The notes under the pieces were generated by a model. That model made no database searches, was not told where the DNA came from, and worked only from the letters and a program-made list of their open reading frames with translations. This document shows, piece after piece, positions 54,282 to 64,000 of a DNA stretch of 64,000 bases. The position numbers and the translations under genes were made by a program. Numbering within the stretch: position 1 is the first letter of the stretch; each line of letters opens with the position of its first letter. Origin of the DNA: Prasinococcaceae sp. CCMP 1430 (lineage: Eukaryota; Plantae; Prasinodermophyta); assembly GCA_013416795.1 (NCBI GenBank), contig RQSC01000023.1, positions 193,458 through 257,457 of the forward strand. Reading direction: 5' to 3'.

Positions 54282-55493
54282 ATGACGTCGGCGTCGGCGA
54301 TCCCGTCGCTGGACGGCTCGTCGAGCGCCGTGGTGCACCCCGTGGTGCTCTTCACCGTCGCCGACGCGTTCACGCGCCGCGCGGCCGGCATGAACCGCGT
54401 CATCGGCACGCTGCTCGGCAGCGCCNNNNNNNNNNNNNNNNNNNNNNNNNNNNNNNNNNNNNNNNNNNNNNNNNNNNNNNNNNNNNNNNNNNNNNNNNNN
54501 NNNNCACGCGCGCTCCGTGCGCCCGCGCGCGACGCCCCGAAGGGCGGCGAAGAAACCCTGCTGGCCACGCTCCATCTCGGCCGGCGGGGCACCGCTGCCA
54601 GCATGGCGGCACGGCGCGCCGCGTCGGCGCAGCGCGCTGCGCGTGGCTCGTGGCTCGTGGCTCGTTCGGAGGGCTGCGGTGCACTGGCGCGGCGCGTGCG
54701 GCACCGATGGCGAGCCGGATGCGGGATGGCGCGAGTGCGCTCCAAGCACCCTCTTCGCGCCGTGCGCTGACTCCTCTGCCCCGCGCCCGCCCGCCTCGCC
54801 CCCGCGCACTCCTCTCTTCCCGTGCTCTCGCCCGCGCTCGCCCAGGTCATGCTTGACATCGACTACCACACTGTCATGCTGGACATGCACCGCAAGTGCT
54901 CGCCCGGCGACGAGGTGGTGGGCTGGTTCTCGAGCGGCGAGGGCGAGTTCTCGAGCGATGCGCTCATACAGGAGTTCTACTCGGGCATCGCACCTGACGG
55001 CGTCCACCTCATGGTGGACATGTCGCTGGAGGGTGGCAAGATGGCCGTGCGCTGCTTCAAGTCGCACTCGCTGGTGCTGAACGAGGAGCAGCTCGCGTGC
55101 GGCTTCGTGGAGGTGCCGGCCAAGGTGCGCATGGAGGAGGCCGAGCGGGTGGGCACGGAGCTCCTCAAGCGCGGCACGTCGGAGGGGCTGCCGTCGGACA
55201 TGTCGGGTCTGGAGGAGAGCGTCAAGCGGCTGCAGCGCATGGTGGACACCGTGTCCGAGTACGTGGATGGTGTGTGCGCTGGCCGCATTGAGCCCAACTC
55301 GGAGGTTGGCCGCAAGCTCGCCGCCACGCTCGACGCGGTGCCGCGGCTGGGCAGCGAGGGCTTCGACAAGCTCTACACCGACTCCATGCAGGACGTGCTG
55401 CTGTCCCAGTACCTTTCCAAGCTGGTCAGCGCGCAGCTCGCGCTCGCGGAGAAGCTCGTGCCCGACACCACTGAGGACAAGCCCAAGCCCTAA
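54282..55493 (+). CDS. eIF3f: Translation initiation factor eIF3 subunit F (MPN), interrupted by gap
   Basis: VHPVVLFTVADAFTRR..RVIGTLLG; LDIDYH..M..EVVGWF; EAERVG; SMQDVLL..YLSKLV..QLALAEKL. Confidence 0.92.
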
Positions 55494-55779
55494 TTGCGCC
55501 GCGCCTGGCGCGCACTGTAACACAACTCACCACGCCAGCGGAGCACGCGCTCCGTGCGCGCGCGCGCAGAGTGAGTGCGTGGGTGGACGCTTGGGTGGAG
55601 GGGCCAGGAGAAAGCCACCGCCGGCGTCGGCGCGCGCGGATGAGGGGGGTTGTGGCGGGAGGGGGAAGGGGAGGGGAGGGGAGAGAGAAGAGGGGCAGGG
55701 AAACGGGGGCCGGGCGCCTCGCCACGCGGCGGCGGGACGCGCGCGCAGCGCGCCGGAGGTTAGGGTACGTCTTTAGGGT

Positions 55780-56981
55780 ATGGACCGTTTTGAGGTCCTG
55801 CACCTGCCCCGGTCGCGATCACGTCCCCCCCCCCACCACCACCACGCCTTATCCACAGCGGGCGCGGCGACATGGCGTGCGCCCGGCGCGGCGCGGGCCC
55901 TGGCCCGATGGCGCGGACGTCGCTCGGCATGTCCGCCCGGATGCCGCCGCTCGCCGCCCGCCCAGCGGGGCGCGCGCGCGCAGGCGCGCGCGGCAGCGGG
56001 CGCCGGCGAGCTCGTCTCCTTCTTCCCGAGGGACTACGCCGAGCTGGTGGCGCAGTGGCGTGTGGCGTACCGCGCGGCGGTCGACGACGGCCTCACGCTG
56101 CTGGAGGCGGAGATCCCAGTGGGTGATCTGCGCAATGTGCCCGGCGACCTTGAAGGAAATGTGGAGCACAACCTGTGTGCGCTGCACACCGCGGCGTTCT
56201 GCCGCGTGTTCGACGCGGGCGACGTCTGCGACAAGGCGCGCGTGCGTGTCTTCTTCCCGGACGCTGAGGAGGTCGCCACGCACTCCGTTGGGCGCGTCGA
56301 GAACTCTTTCAGCGTGACAGTTGGCGTGGAGGCGACCTTCAATGACTTCGAGGGAAAGCTTGATGTGCGTGCGTGCGTGCGTTCGTGCTCGCCCGCGCCG
56401 TCTCGTGCGCGCGTGCGCACATCCCAAACGCGCCTCCAACCCTGCATGCGCGGCGCTGACTGGGCTGGCCGCGCTGCCCGTCTCGGCACGACTTGAGACA
56501 GTACCTGTGCGATGGAGGACCGCTCGAGGCGAGTGGCTTGGGGCGTCGGTTCGGGCTCCTCAAGTCGGCTGCGGAGCGCGTGGCCGACGCGGATGACGGG
56601 GCGTTCGTGGTCGCCTACCCGTCCGCAAACCTGGACGAGATGCTGCAGGTGAAAGAGATCTACGAGGACGTCGCGCGCCCCCGAGGTGCGCCGCTGCTGG
56701 TGGTCAACGGCGAGCTTGATCGCATTCGTTCGAACTACTACCCGCCCTTCTGGGCCAGGAAGGAGATGGAGCAGCTGCGCGCCTTCGTGCCTGATGTGGA
56801 GGCCGTCTACTACATTCACAACTTCAAGGGCAGCCGACCCGCCGTGCTGTATCGGTGCTACCCGGGGCCCTGGCGCGTGCTGCGGCGCGTGGAGGGCGGC
56901 GGCCTCGTGCAGGTGCACGAGCAGGCGGAGCGCCCCAGCCTCAAGGAGGTCGCGCTCGACATCCTGCCGCGATTCGGCTGA
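55780..56981 (+). CDS. LPA3: Low PSII accumulation 3-like (DUF1995) plastid protein (2 exons)
   Basis: FPRDYAEL, VPGDLEG, RVFFPD, VVNGELDRIRSNYYPPFW, YYIHNFKG, LYRCYPGPW, RPSLKEVALDIL; intron 56365-56501. Confidence 0.88.
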
Positions 56982-57206
56982 GCGCGACCTCGCAGCGTGC
57001 GCGCTCGCGCGCCTGCATCCGCGTCTGCATTCGCAATTGTACACTAGTCCCCCTTCGTGAGCACGCGCCCGCCGCACCCAAGGGCCATCCGCCACGCGCA
57101 CTAGTACTGGAGCTCGCGCTCGCGCGCGCACTTGCGTGGGAGCGCCGCCTCGACGAGGGCTGACGAGCGGGTGCCCACCAGCCCCGGCCTGAGGCAACGC
57201 GGCCGC

Positions 57207-57514
57207 AAAAAAAAAAAAAAAAATCCGCGTCGAGTGGCCGAATGCCATTGGAATGCCCGCTGGCACGCGCCCGGGGTGGTGGTCCCGCCCAGACCCCGGT
57301 CTGATCGCTTTCGTACCGGGTCTGGCCCATGCGTACCAGGGTGTGCAGGCGAAATTCATCGTCTGCACCGGGTGCATCTCGGCATGCACCAGGAAACACC
57401 GTCGCGACCGTCGATGCATTTTCTGTCTCGCGCGCTGCAATCAGCGACAATGGGATCGATGCCGGGGCGGTCGGCGCAATGCGTTTTGACCTGCGCGCAA
57501 ATGCTCGACGCGAA
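57207..57514 (-). ncRNA. Candidate structured non-coding RNA or small inverted-repeat element (unassigned)
   Basis: Terminal inverted repeat CGCGTCGAG (57226-57234 vs 57504-57512), three internal hairpins, and a 17-nt A tract (T-run on minus strand); no known family motif recognised; strand uncertain. Confidence 0.3.
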
Positions 57515-57670
57515 AATAAAGCGCGGCACACGGCGCGCGCGCGCGCGCGGCCTCGCGAGGGCGTCCCGTGCACTCCCTCGCTTCCTGCCCCCGTTCCTCG
57601 CGGAGCCCCTCTCCGCCCGCCCGCACCTCGAGCGCTCGACCCCCCGGGCCGACGGGCCCGCGCGGGGGCG

Positions 57671-59507
57671 ATGCGTGCGCGCAACACGCCGTCCGCGCGC
57701 GCGGCGGCGGCGGCGGCGGCGGGCGCCAGCAGTGCGCGCTGCTTTTCGCGCGGGTCTGGGTGTGCGTGCTGCTGCTCGCGCTGCCCGCGCTGGTGGCGGG
57801 AAAGGCCAACGCGTCGACCTCCGACGAGCCCGCCCCCGCGGTCAAGTTCGGCCCGAACGGCGCGCTGCTGGCGGTCGAGCGCGACTCGGAGGACGGCGGC
57901 GCGTCAGAGAGCCGCGTGCGCGTCTCCATGGCCAACGTCGCCCCCGTTGCTCACTTCACGTTGTCGCTGGGCGTTTTGGCGCCAGGGGAGAGCTCGGGCG
58001 GGCACGCGTCGCGCACTTTGGGGCTCGTGGGACGGGGCAAAGGCGGCAGCGCCGCTGAAGCAGGCAAGGACGTGGGCACGCACAGCAACGGACTCGTGCG
58101 GTCGTATGAGGCAGGCAACGCGACGGCCATCCCGGCCGCTGAGCAGCTAGTGTGGCTCACTACGCTCGAGGTGTTGGCACAGGGTGTCCTTCAGGAAGGT
58201 GAGCAGCCTTGCATCCTGTGGAGCGACAAGCACAACTGGGTGCGGGTGGACATGAATGGAGAGTCTGTGTCCCTCGCCGCAGGGGACCTGCGCCCGTTCT
58301 GCTCCGAACCAGCGCCGCCGCCAGCCGCGACCTGCAAGTTTGGGTACACCCGCGATTGCAACGACAAATGCAACAAGGCCCATTACGTCGGCGATGGCAC
58401 CTGCGACGACAACAGCAACATCCGCTTCTACTGCGAAAAGTTTAACTGGGATGGCGGCGACTGCGACGGTCTCAGCGGAGGCTCTGCTCTTTTCTTTTTC
58501 CTGCTCCCCGCAATCATCGTGGCGTCCTTGATGTGCGTGTCCGCAGTCGCGGCGCGCTTCAGCGCTTTCAGGCGAGCGCGTGCGCTGCGGCGTGCAACGC
58601 GCACTGGTACGCTGCGGTCTACGCCGGGCGCGGGCGTGGAGCTGAGATCGACGTCTCGGGCACGCAGCTCGCCGCCGGTGCGGCCAACCGATCCGGGAGC
58701 CGACCTGCCGCCGCCTCTTGAGCGTACCGACAGCATGGAAGATGATGCCCCCGCGCGTTTCCTCTGCCCAATTACTCAAAGCATCATGTCCGACCCGGTG
58801 GTTGCTGCCGATGGTGAGTGCGCGCTTGCGCGCCTGCGTGTGTTTGCCTGCCGCGTGTGCATGTGTCGAGGAGCGCGCCTCGTGGCAGCATTCCCCGATC
58901 TCACCGGCACTCACACGCACTCGCACGCCTCGCGCGCCCACCAAACGTCTTCGCCGTGGGTTCAGGGCACACGTATGAGCGCGACGCAATCAACAAGTAC
59001 ATGATGACGATCGCTGCAAAGTCGCCGCTCACCAACCAGCCCATGAGTTCTTTGGTGGTCGTGCCTAACATGCTGCTGCGATCGGAAATTCGCGAGTACG
59101 CAGACACGCACAAACAAAAAGCCAAAACCGCGGAGGAGAGTCTGAACCAGCCCGAAAGCGCCTCCAGCGGAGCAGACGGCGACGCGAGTGCTGCCACCGA
59201 GGAAGCGCATGCAGAAGAAGTTTCCGCAGGCACAGCAGGTTTGCTCCCGGCCTCACATACTGCATCACACGTGGGAGAGCAGCACCAGGCAATCGAGATA
59301 GACGCCGAGGCTGACGACGCCGCTGAAAGTGCTGCCGAGACGGCGACAGCTGGGCAGGCAGAGTCGCAGACAGGAGGCTCATCGGGTGCCCCACCACGCT
59401 CAGCCATCCGCCGTTTCTTCGACAACGCAGCGACTGCCCTTGGTGCGCCGCGATCGCCGCCGAGGCAGAGCGGTGGCCAGGGCCAGTGGACGCCTCTGGA
59501 GGAATGA
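57671..59507 (+). CDS. Signal peptide-LNR(Notch)-TM-U-box protein (2 exons; start frame uncertain)
   Basis: Hydrophobic LLFARVWVCVLLLALPALVAG; DCNDKC...VGDGTCD....CEKFNWDGGDC; TM ALFFFLLPAIIVASLMCVSAVAA then RR; U-box FLCPITQSIMSDPVVAADG|HTYERDAI...SPLTN..VPNMLLR across intron 58814-58965. Confidence 0.85.
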
Positions 59508-59810
59508 GGGCCATCACATGGCGTCGCGCAGCCAGGACACCTGGGCAGAGCCTCGCACGTCGCGGTGGCTGAAGCAGGTCGCTCCACACCTGGCCGTCCG
59601 AAACGTGACAGGGCGCGCACCCTTGGCTATCACGCAGTGGTATGGCCGGCCTGCCCCTGCACTGGCAGGATCTGTCTGGCCTGTCGTCGGCGCTGCGTAT
59701 CTTTCTAAACTTTCTAGATGCATGCGTGTGTCAAGTGACGCCATACGTACAGTACGTAAGAGGCAAAAAAACGAGGTCTTCATCGATAGGCGGCGGCGGG
59801 GCGCACGCGG

Positions 59811-60835
59811 TCATTTGGAGCCGCCGAAGCCCCCGCCTCTCTTCTTGCGCTTCACCTTGGGCTTGGGCTTCCCTGCCTTTGCCGAAGTGTTGCCGTCCCT
59901 CGCTGCCGCTCGTTGCGGCGGCGGCGGAGGCGCCCGCCCGACCGCGGGCATCCCCCAGCCCACCCACAGCTGCGCTATCCACTTCTCGCCCCCGGCGTCT
60001 GTGGCCGTGTGCAGCGTGCGCGCGTCGGGCGCACCCGCGAGCTCGCCGCCGCGCGCGGGGAAGAAGAGCAGCGCGCGGCCCTCGCGCGGCGACACCTCGC
60101 AGCCCACCTTTTCGAAGCGCGTGGTGCCGCCGCCGCCCTCGGGCGTGTTCAGATACACCAGCAGTGTCGCGCGGCGCTGGAAGCCTTGCGCGCGCGCGTC
60201 GTGCACGGGGAAGGCGTCTTCGTGCTCCAGGAAGTGCTGGCCGGGCTCATATCGCGCCAGCTGCGTTGTCTCGTAGCAGAACGCCCCCGGCGGCGGAAGC
60301 ACCCCCGGCGTGGTCCACCCTCCCCCTCCCACCAGTGCCGTGCGGCCGAGCGCCTGCAGCTCATCCACCGCGGCGCCCAGCTGCGGGTGCTCCGCGGCGA
60401 CGTCCGCGTTCACCAGCACACTGCTCGACGTTCGGCGCGACACGTTCTCCGACGTGGCGCCGAATTCTCCAGCGCCGACGCGCGAGCGAACGAGCGCGCC
60501 GCTGGCCGCGGCGGCGTCCGCAACGGCGGCGCACACGCTGGCGTCCGCGAAGCCGTCGAAGCTCAGCACTGGCGGGTCCAAGCAGTGCGCGTGCGCTCGC
60601 GAAAGTAGCTCCGCGCCCACCTCCATGTACTCATTCGCGAGCAACTCCGACATGGCGGCGAGCAGCTCGGGGTGGTCACCCAGCGCCAAGGGCTCGTTGC
60701 CCGGCGTTCGAAGGATGCGCCCGGCGGCCCCGCGCGCGGCGCCTTCGCGCACCTCCGCGGCGAGCTCCTTCGGCGCGCTCAGCCCATCGCAGCGCTCCTG
60801 CTCGGCGACGGCCGCTGCGCGCTGGCGCTCGCGGC
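59811..60835 (-). CDS. 2OG-Fe(II) dioxygenase (P4H-like); start uncertain (ATG 60653 or further upstream)
   Basis: RRTSSS, QLARYEPGQHFLEHED, QRRATLLVYLN, GGTTRF, ALLFFP, RTLHTA, EKWIAQLW. Confidence 0.88.
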
Positions 60836-60875
60836 GGGCCGGGCAGCCGGGGATCCAGTCGACGACGGGCAAAAG

Positions 60876-62445
60876 ATGGTGGACGCAGACGAGTACGCAC
60901 GCATGTACCACGAGCGCTATGGTAACGAGTGGCCCTTCGACTCGCCGTACAACTACTGGGATCCGCGCGACATCGCGCGGCGGGAGGCCGAGGTGTTCGC
61001 CATCGACAAAAAAAAGGACAGGTTGGATAAGTGGATGATGTTCGTACAGGAGCTCATGACGCCCAATGTATGCGCGTGCGTGCGGCCGCGCGCGCTCCCT
61101 TGCCGGCTCTGTTGCGCGTGCGCCTGCGTGTCTCGTGGCGCACGTCGACCTTGGAGCGAGCTGACCAATCCCTGGGTGCGCCGCCTGCGTGCTGTGCATT
61201 ACCTGCCGCAGTTCACTCATCATGGCGTTCAGGTGGAAGAGTTGCCAACACAGGTCAAGACCAGGCTGTACGACTTTCTGCACGACAACATGGACAACAT
61301 CAAACTCGAGCCCGCGAAGAAGAACAAGAAAATGTGCTATCCGACTGAGAGCGGCGAGGAGGTTCATCCGGGTTTCGTTCAATTGCCGAAGGCTCTCAAA
61401 GACGACGTCGCAGCGGCACTGAAGCCCATCCATGAGAGATGGTGCAATTGCAAGCTCAAGTACAGCGCGTTCTATGGCATTAGATTGTACTACAATGGCT
61501 GCGCGCTGAGATGCCATGTTGATCGCATAGAGACGCATGTGGTGAGCTCCGTCATTCACATCGCGGACGATGTGCAAGAGTCCTGGCCCATCGAAATCAA
61601 AGACAACTACGGCAGATTCCACTCCGCGAACCTCGCCGCGGGGGAGATGCTGCACTATGAAAGCGCAAAGCTCTTGCACTGCAGGAGCACTGTACTCAGG
61701 GGTTCGGTGCGTGCGCGTGCTTGCTGGCGTGTGTGTGATCTCTGTCTGCCGCCGTGTAGTTGTGCGAGCTTGCATCGCTGGGTAGTACGTGCTGATGCTG
61801 CGCACGTGTTCCATCACACATGGATGTCCCCACACGTGCCCACTGCAGTGGTATGCGAACGCCTTCATCCACTTTGCGCCTGTTGAAAGCTGGCCTTGGA
61901 AGATCACAGACAGGAGGATTGCCGTGCCGCCATTCTGGCAGTATGGCCTCCCCGACGTGTCTGACGACCTCGCAGCGTTCGCGATGATGAATGGCACTAC
62001 TCCCGGCAGCCCCGAGCGAGAGCAGATGATCGTCGACACGGTGCGTCGCCAGCGTGACCGCCGCGGATGGTCGCGCAATCCTCTGCTTGACCCGACCCGC
62101 GAGGCCGACGAGGAGGCAGCGCGGCTGCGCGAGGCTGCCGACGCGATCCGTCACCACCAGGGAGGTAGGGGCACGACACTCGATGTACCGCGCCACGCCG
62201 CGATCGAGTCGAACGCACGAATCAGAGCTGGAGGCGACGACAGCAGCAGCCCGCCGCCGCCACAATGGCGCCGCTGGACGGTGTGGGCGCTCATCGCCAC
62301 GGGCCCGTGCGCGGCGCTCGTTGCGTTCGCCCGCTCCCGCATCGGCGGCTCGCGCGTGCGGTCAGAGCTAACGTTTCTGCGGCCGCGGCCGATCCCAGGG
62401 CGTGGCTCGCCGACACGGTCGCGAGCACGTGACGTGCCACTGTGA
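60876..62445 (+). CDS. 2OG-Fe(II) dioxygenase-like protein with C-terminal TM (3 exons; 5' end uncertain)
   Basis: FYGIRLY...LRCHVDR..HVVSSVIHIA..WPIEI..GEMLHYESAKLLHCR...|WYANAFIHF; introns 61068-61211, 61707-61848. Confidence 0.82.
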
Positions 62446-62545
62446 GAGCAGATGGAGAAAGGGCACTGACGTTCATGTCGACTGCAGACGTCACTAAGAC
62501 GACTGCGCTCAATTTTATCTACTCTACGTCCCAGCTAGTACTAGT

Positions 62546-64000
62546 CTACAGTAAGTCCGCTGCGAGCAGCGAAGGTGGCTTCTGCACCTGCGCCTCAGCC
62601 TCATCCGGCAGGTCCCACACAGTCACGGCGCGGTCAAATCCGCCGCTCACGACGCGACCGCGCAGCCAGCACACCGCTCGGACTGCCGACGTGCACATGC
62701 AGCAGTGCCCGTCGCGCCCGACCATCGCCGATGCCACCGCGATGCCCCGGTCTGCATCCCAGACACGCAAAAAGCCACGGCAATTGGCATTGACGCCACC
62801 CACAGCCAGCTCGCCGTGTGGGCCACCAAACGAGAGCGCCGCGACGGGGCCGTCATGCGGCAGCGCATAGAGCAGCTCCGGAGGCGCCGGGGCGCCTCCG
62901 TCGCGATAGACAGGTAGACGCCAGATGCGTGCGACGCCGTTCGGCCCCGCCGCGGCCACGAGATCTCCCTGCGTCGCAAGGGCATGCACCCCACCCTCGA
63001 GCTCGAGCAGCATCCCCTCATCCTCCACCGGCGGCGACGCAGACGGGCACCATCCATCGAGACCGGAGAGATGCCTCAGAGAAACACCAGCGGCCTTCAT
63101 AGCTGGGACGAGCGCCCTCGCGACGTCGCGCGTGCCTCCCAGCAGGAGCACAGCATCGCCACCGCCGCCAGGCGCCAGCACCAGCGCGGGTTCCTCGAAG
63201 AGGAGGCTCCACAGCTCGCACGAGGGCTCGTCCACAAAGCCCACGAGCACCAAGCCGACGTCTTCCCACGAGTCGCCATCTCCTGAAAGCGGCGCTAGTG
63301 AAGCGACGCGCCGGCCTGCGCCAAGGTCGACCAGCCCTTGCTCGGCCTCGGCCGCCCCTGTTGCCGAGCCGATGCGCGCGCACCACGCGTGGCCGCGTGA
63401 CGTGGTCGCGAGCAGGACCCCCGCCGTAGTAGCTGCTGTCACCGCCGCCGCTGTGACCTGTTCTCCTGCATAAGGCCAGCAGCAGCCAGGCTCTGAGGCG
63501 CTCGTAGCGCCGTCGCCTTGTTGCCCGTAGAAGGCCGCCGCGCCAAATGAGCCGCACACGAGCACCGTGTCCACAGCGCCAGAGTCTGGGCCTGCAACGT
63601 GCGCGCCATCTACATGACAGTAGTAGTGCATCAGGCGAGCGCAGGCGGTCAGCCTCGTCGCGCGCACACACTCCTGGGGTGTCTTTCCCGGCGTGCGAGC
63701 GCTAGTGCATGGGTGCATACCTGTCACAACGCAGAGCGCGTCAACGAAGTCTTCCATGCGGCAGCGCTCGCGCGGCGCGAGTTGTGCCCCTGGCCCGACG
63801 GCCCCAGCAGCGATCGCGCCGGCCCCGCCGACCAGCGCTGCATACGCCTCCCTAGCGGCTGCGAAGAGCCGCGCGTCGCCGCCGGGACGGTCCGGGTGGC
63901 ACGCGAGCGCGGCGGCGAGGTAGCGCCGGCGCGCCTCTTTGCGGCAGCATCGCTGCCGCGGGGCCAGCAGCGCGAGCAGCGCGTCCAGCGCCGCCGCCGC
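62546..64000 (-). CDS. J-domain (HPD) + WD40-repeat protein, 5' end beyond window
   Basis: Frame open to window end: RKEARRRYLAAALACHPDRPGGDARLFAAAREAYAAL; WD repeats GVARIW, HDGPVAALSF..LRVWD, VVSGGFDRAVTVWD. Confidence 0.82.
   Translation of the reverse strand, partial: AAAALDALLALLAPRQRCCRKEARRRYLAAALACHPDRPGGDARLFAAAREAYAALVGGAGAIAAGAVGPGAQLAPRERCRMEDFVDALCVVTGMHPCTSARTPGKTPQECVRATRLTACARLMHYYCHVDGAHVAGPDSGAVDTVLVCGSFGAAAFYGQQGDGATSASEPGCCWPYAGEQVTAAAVTAATTAGVLLATTSRGHAWCARIGSATGAAEAEQGLVDLGAGRRVASLAPLSGDGDSWEDVGLVLVGFVDEPSCELWSLLFEEPALVLAPGGGGDAVLLLGGTRDVARALVPAMKAAGVSLRHLSGLDGWCPSASPPVEDEGMLLELEGGVHALATQGDLVAAAGPNGVARIWRLPVYRDGGAPAPPELLYALPHDGPVAALSFGGPHGELAVGGVNANCRGFLRVWDADRGIAVASAMVGRDGHCCMCTSAVRAVCWLRGRVVSGGFDRAVTVWDLPDEAEAQVQKPPSLLAADLL

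Overview
GC-rich, gene-dense eukaryotic nuclear DNA from a green alga (plastid-targeted OEP21, PsbS-like and LPA3 genes; short GT-AG introns with GTGCG(T/C) donors and CTGAC branch sites). A prasinophyte/Prasinoderma-like source is my inference. It is a draft assembly with several N-gaps and single-n gaps that truncate genes. About 32 protein-coding loci were read by manual splicing; family calls rest on motif recognition, not database searches. Most are housekeeping (HDAC, PGM, NTH, RCE1, RBM42, ATAD2, CNOT10, CEP104, arsM, CysRS, IMP3, eIF3f, 2OG oxygenases). The most striking item is an intron-containing gene with the bacterial-type SLOG(LSDAT)-SLATT-SLATT membrane-effector architecture (37269-40300), which appears circularly permuted or tandemly repeated. 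Other notable items: a splice-joined RNase H1 + REX4 dual nuclease, an LNR-TM-U-box receptor-like E3 ligase, a predicted acylated phosphoglucomutase, an Fe-S-less endonuclease III, a PsbS lacking one lumenal Glu, a CEP104 with TPRs in place of Zn fingers, a palindrome cluster and a candidate structured ncRNA. No CRISPR, rRNA or tRNA was seen.
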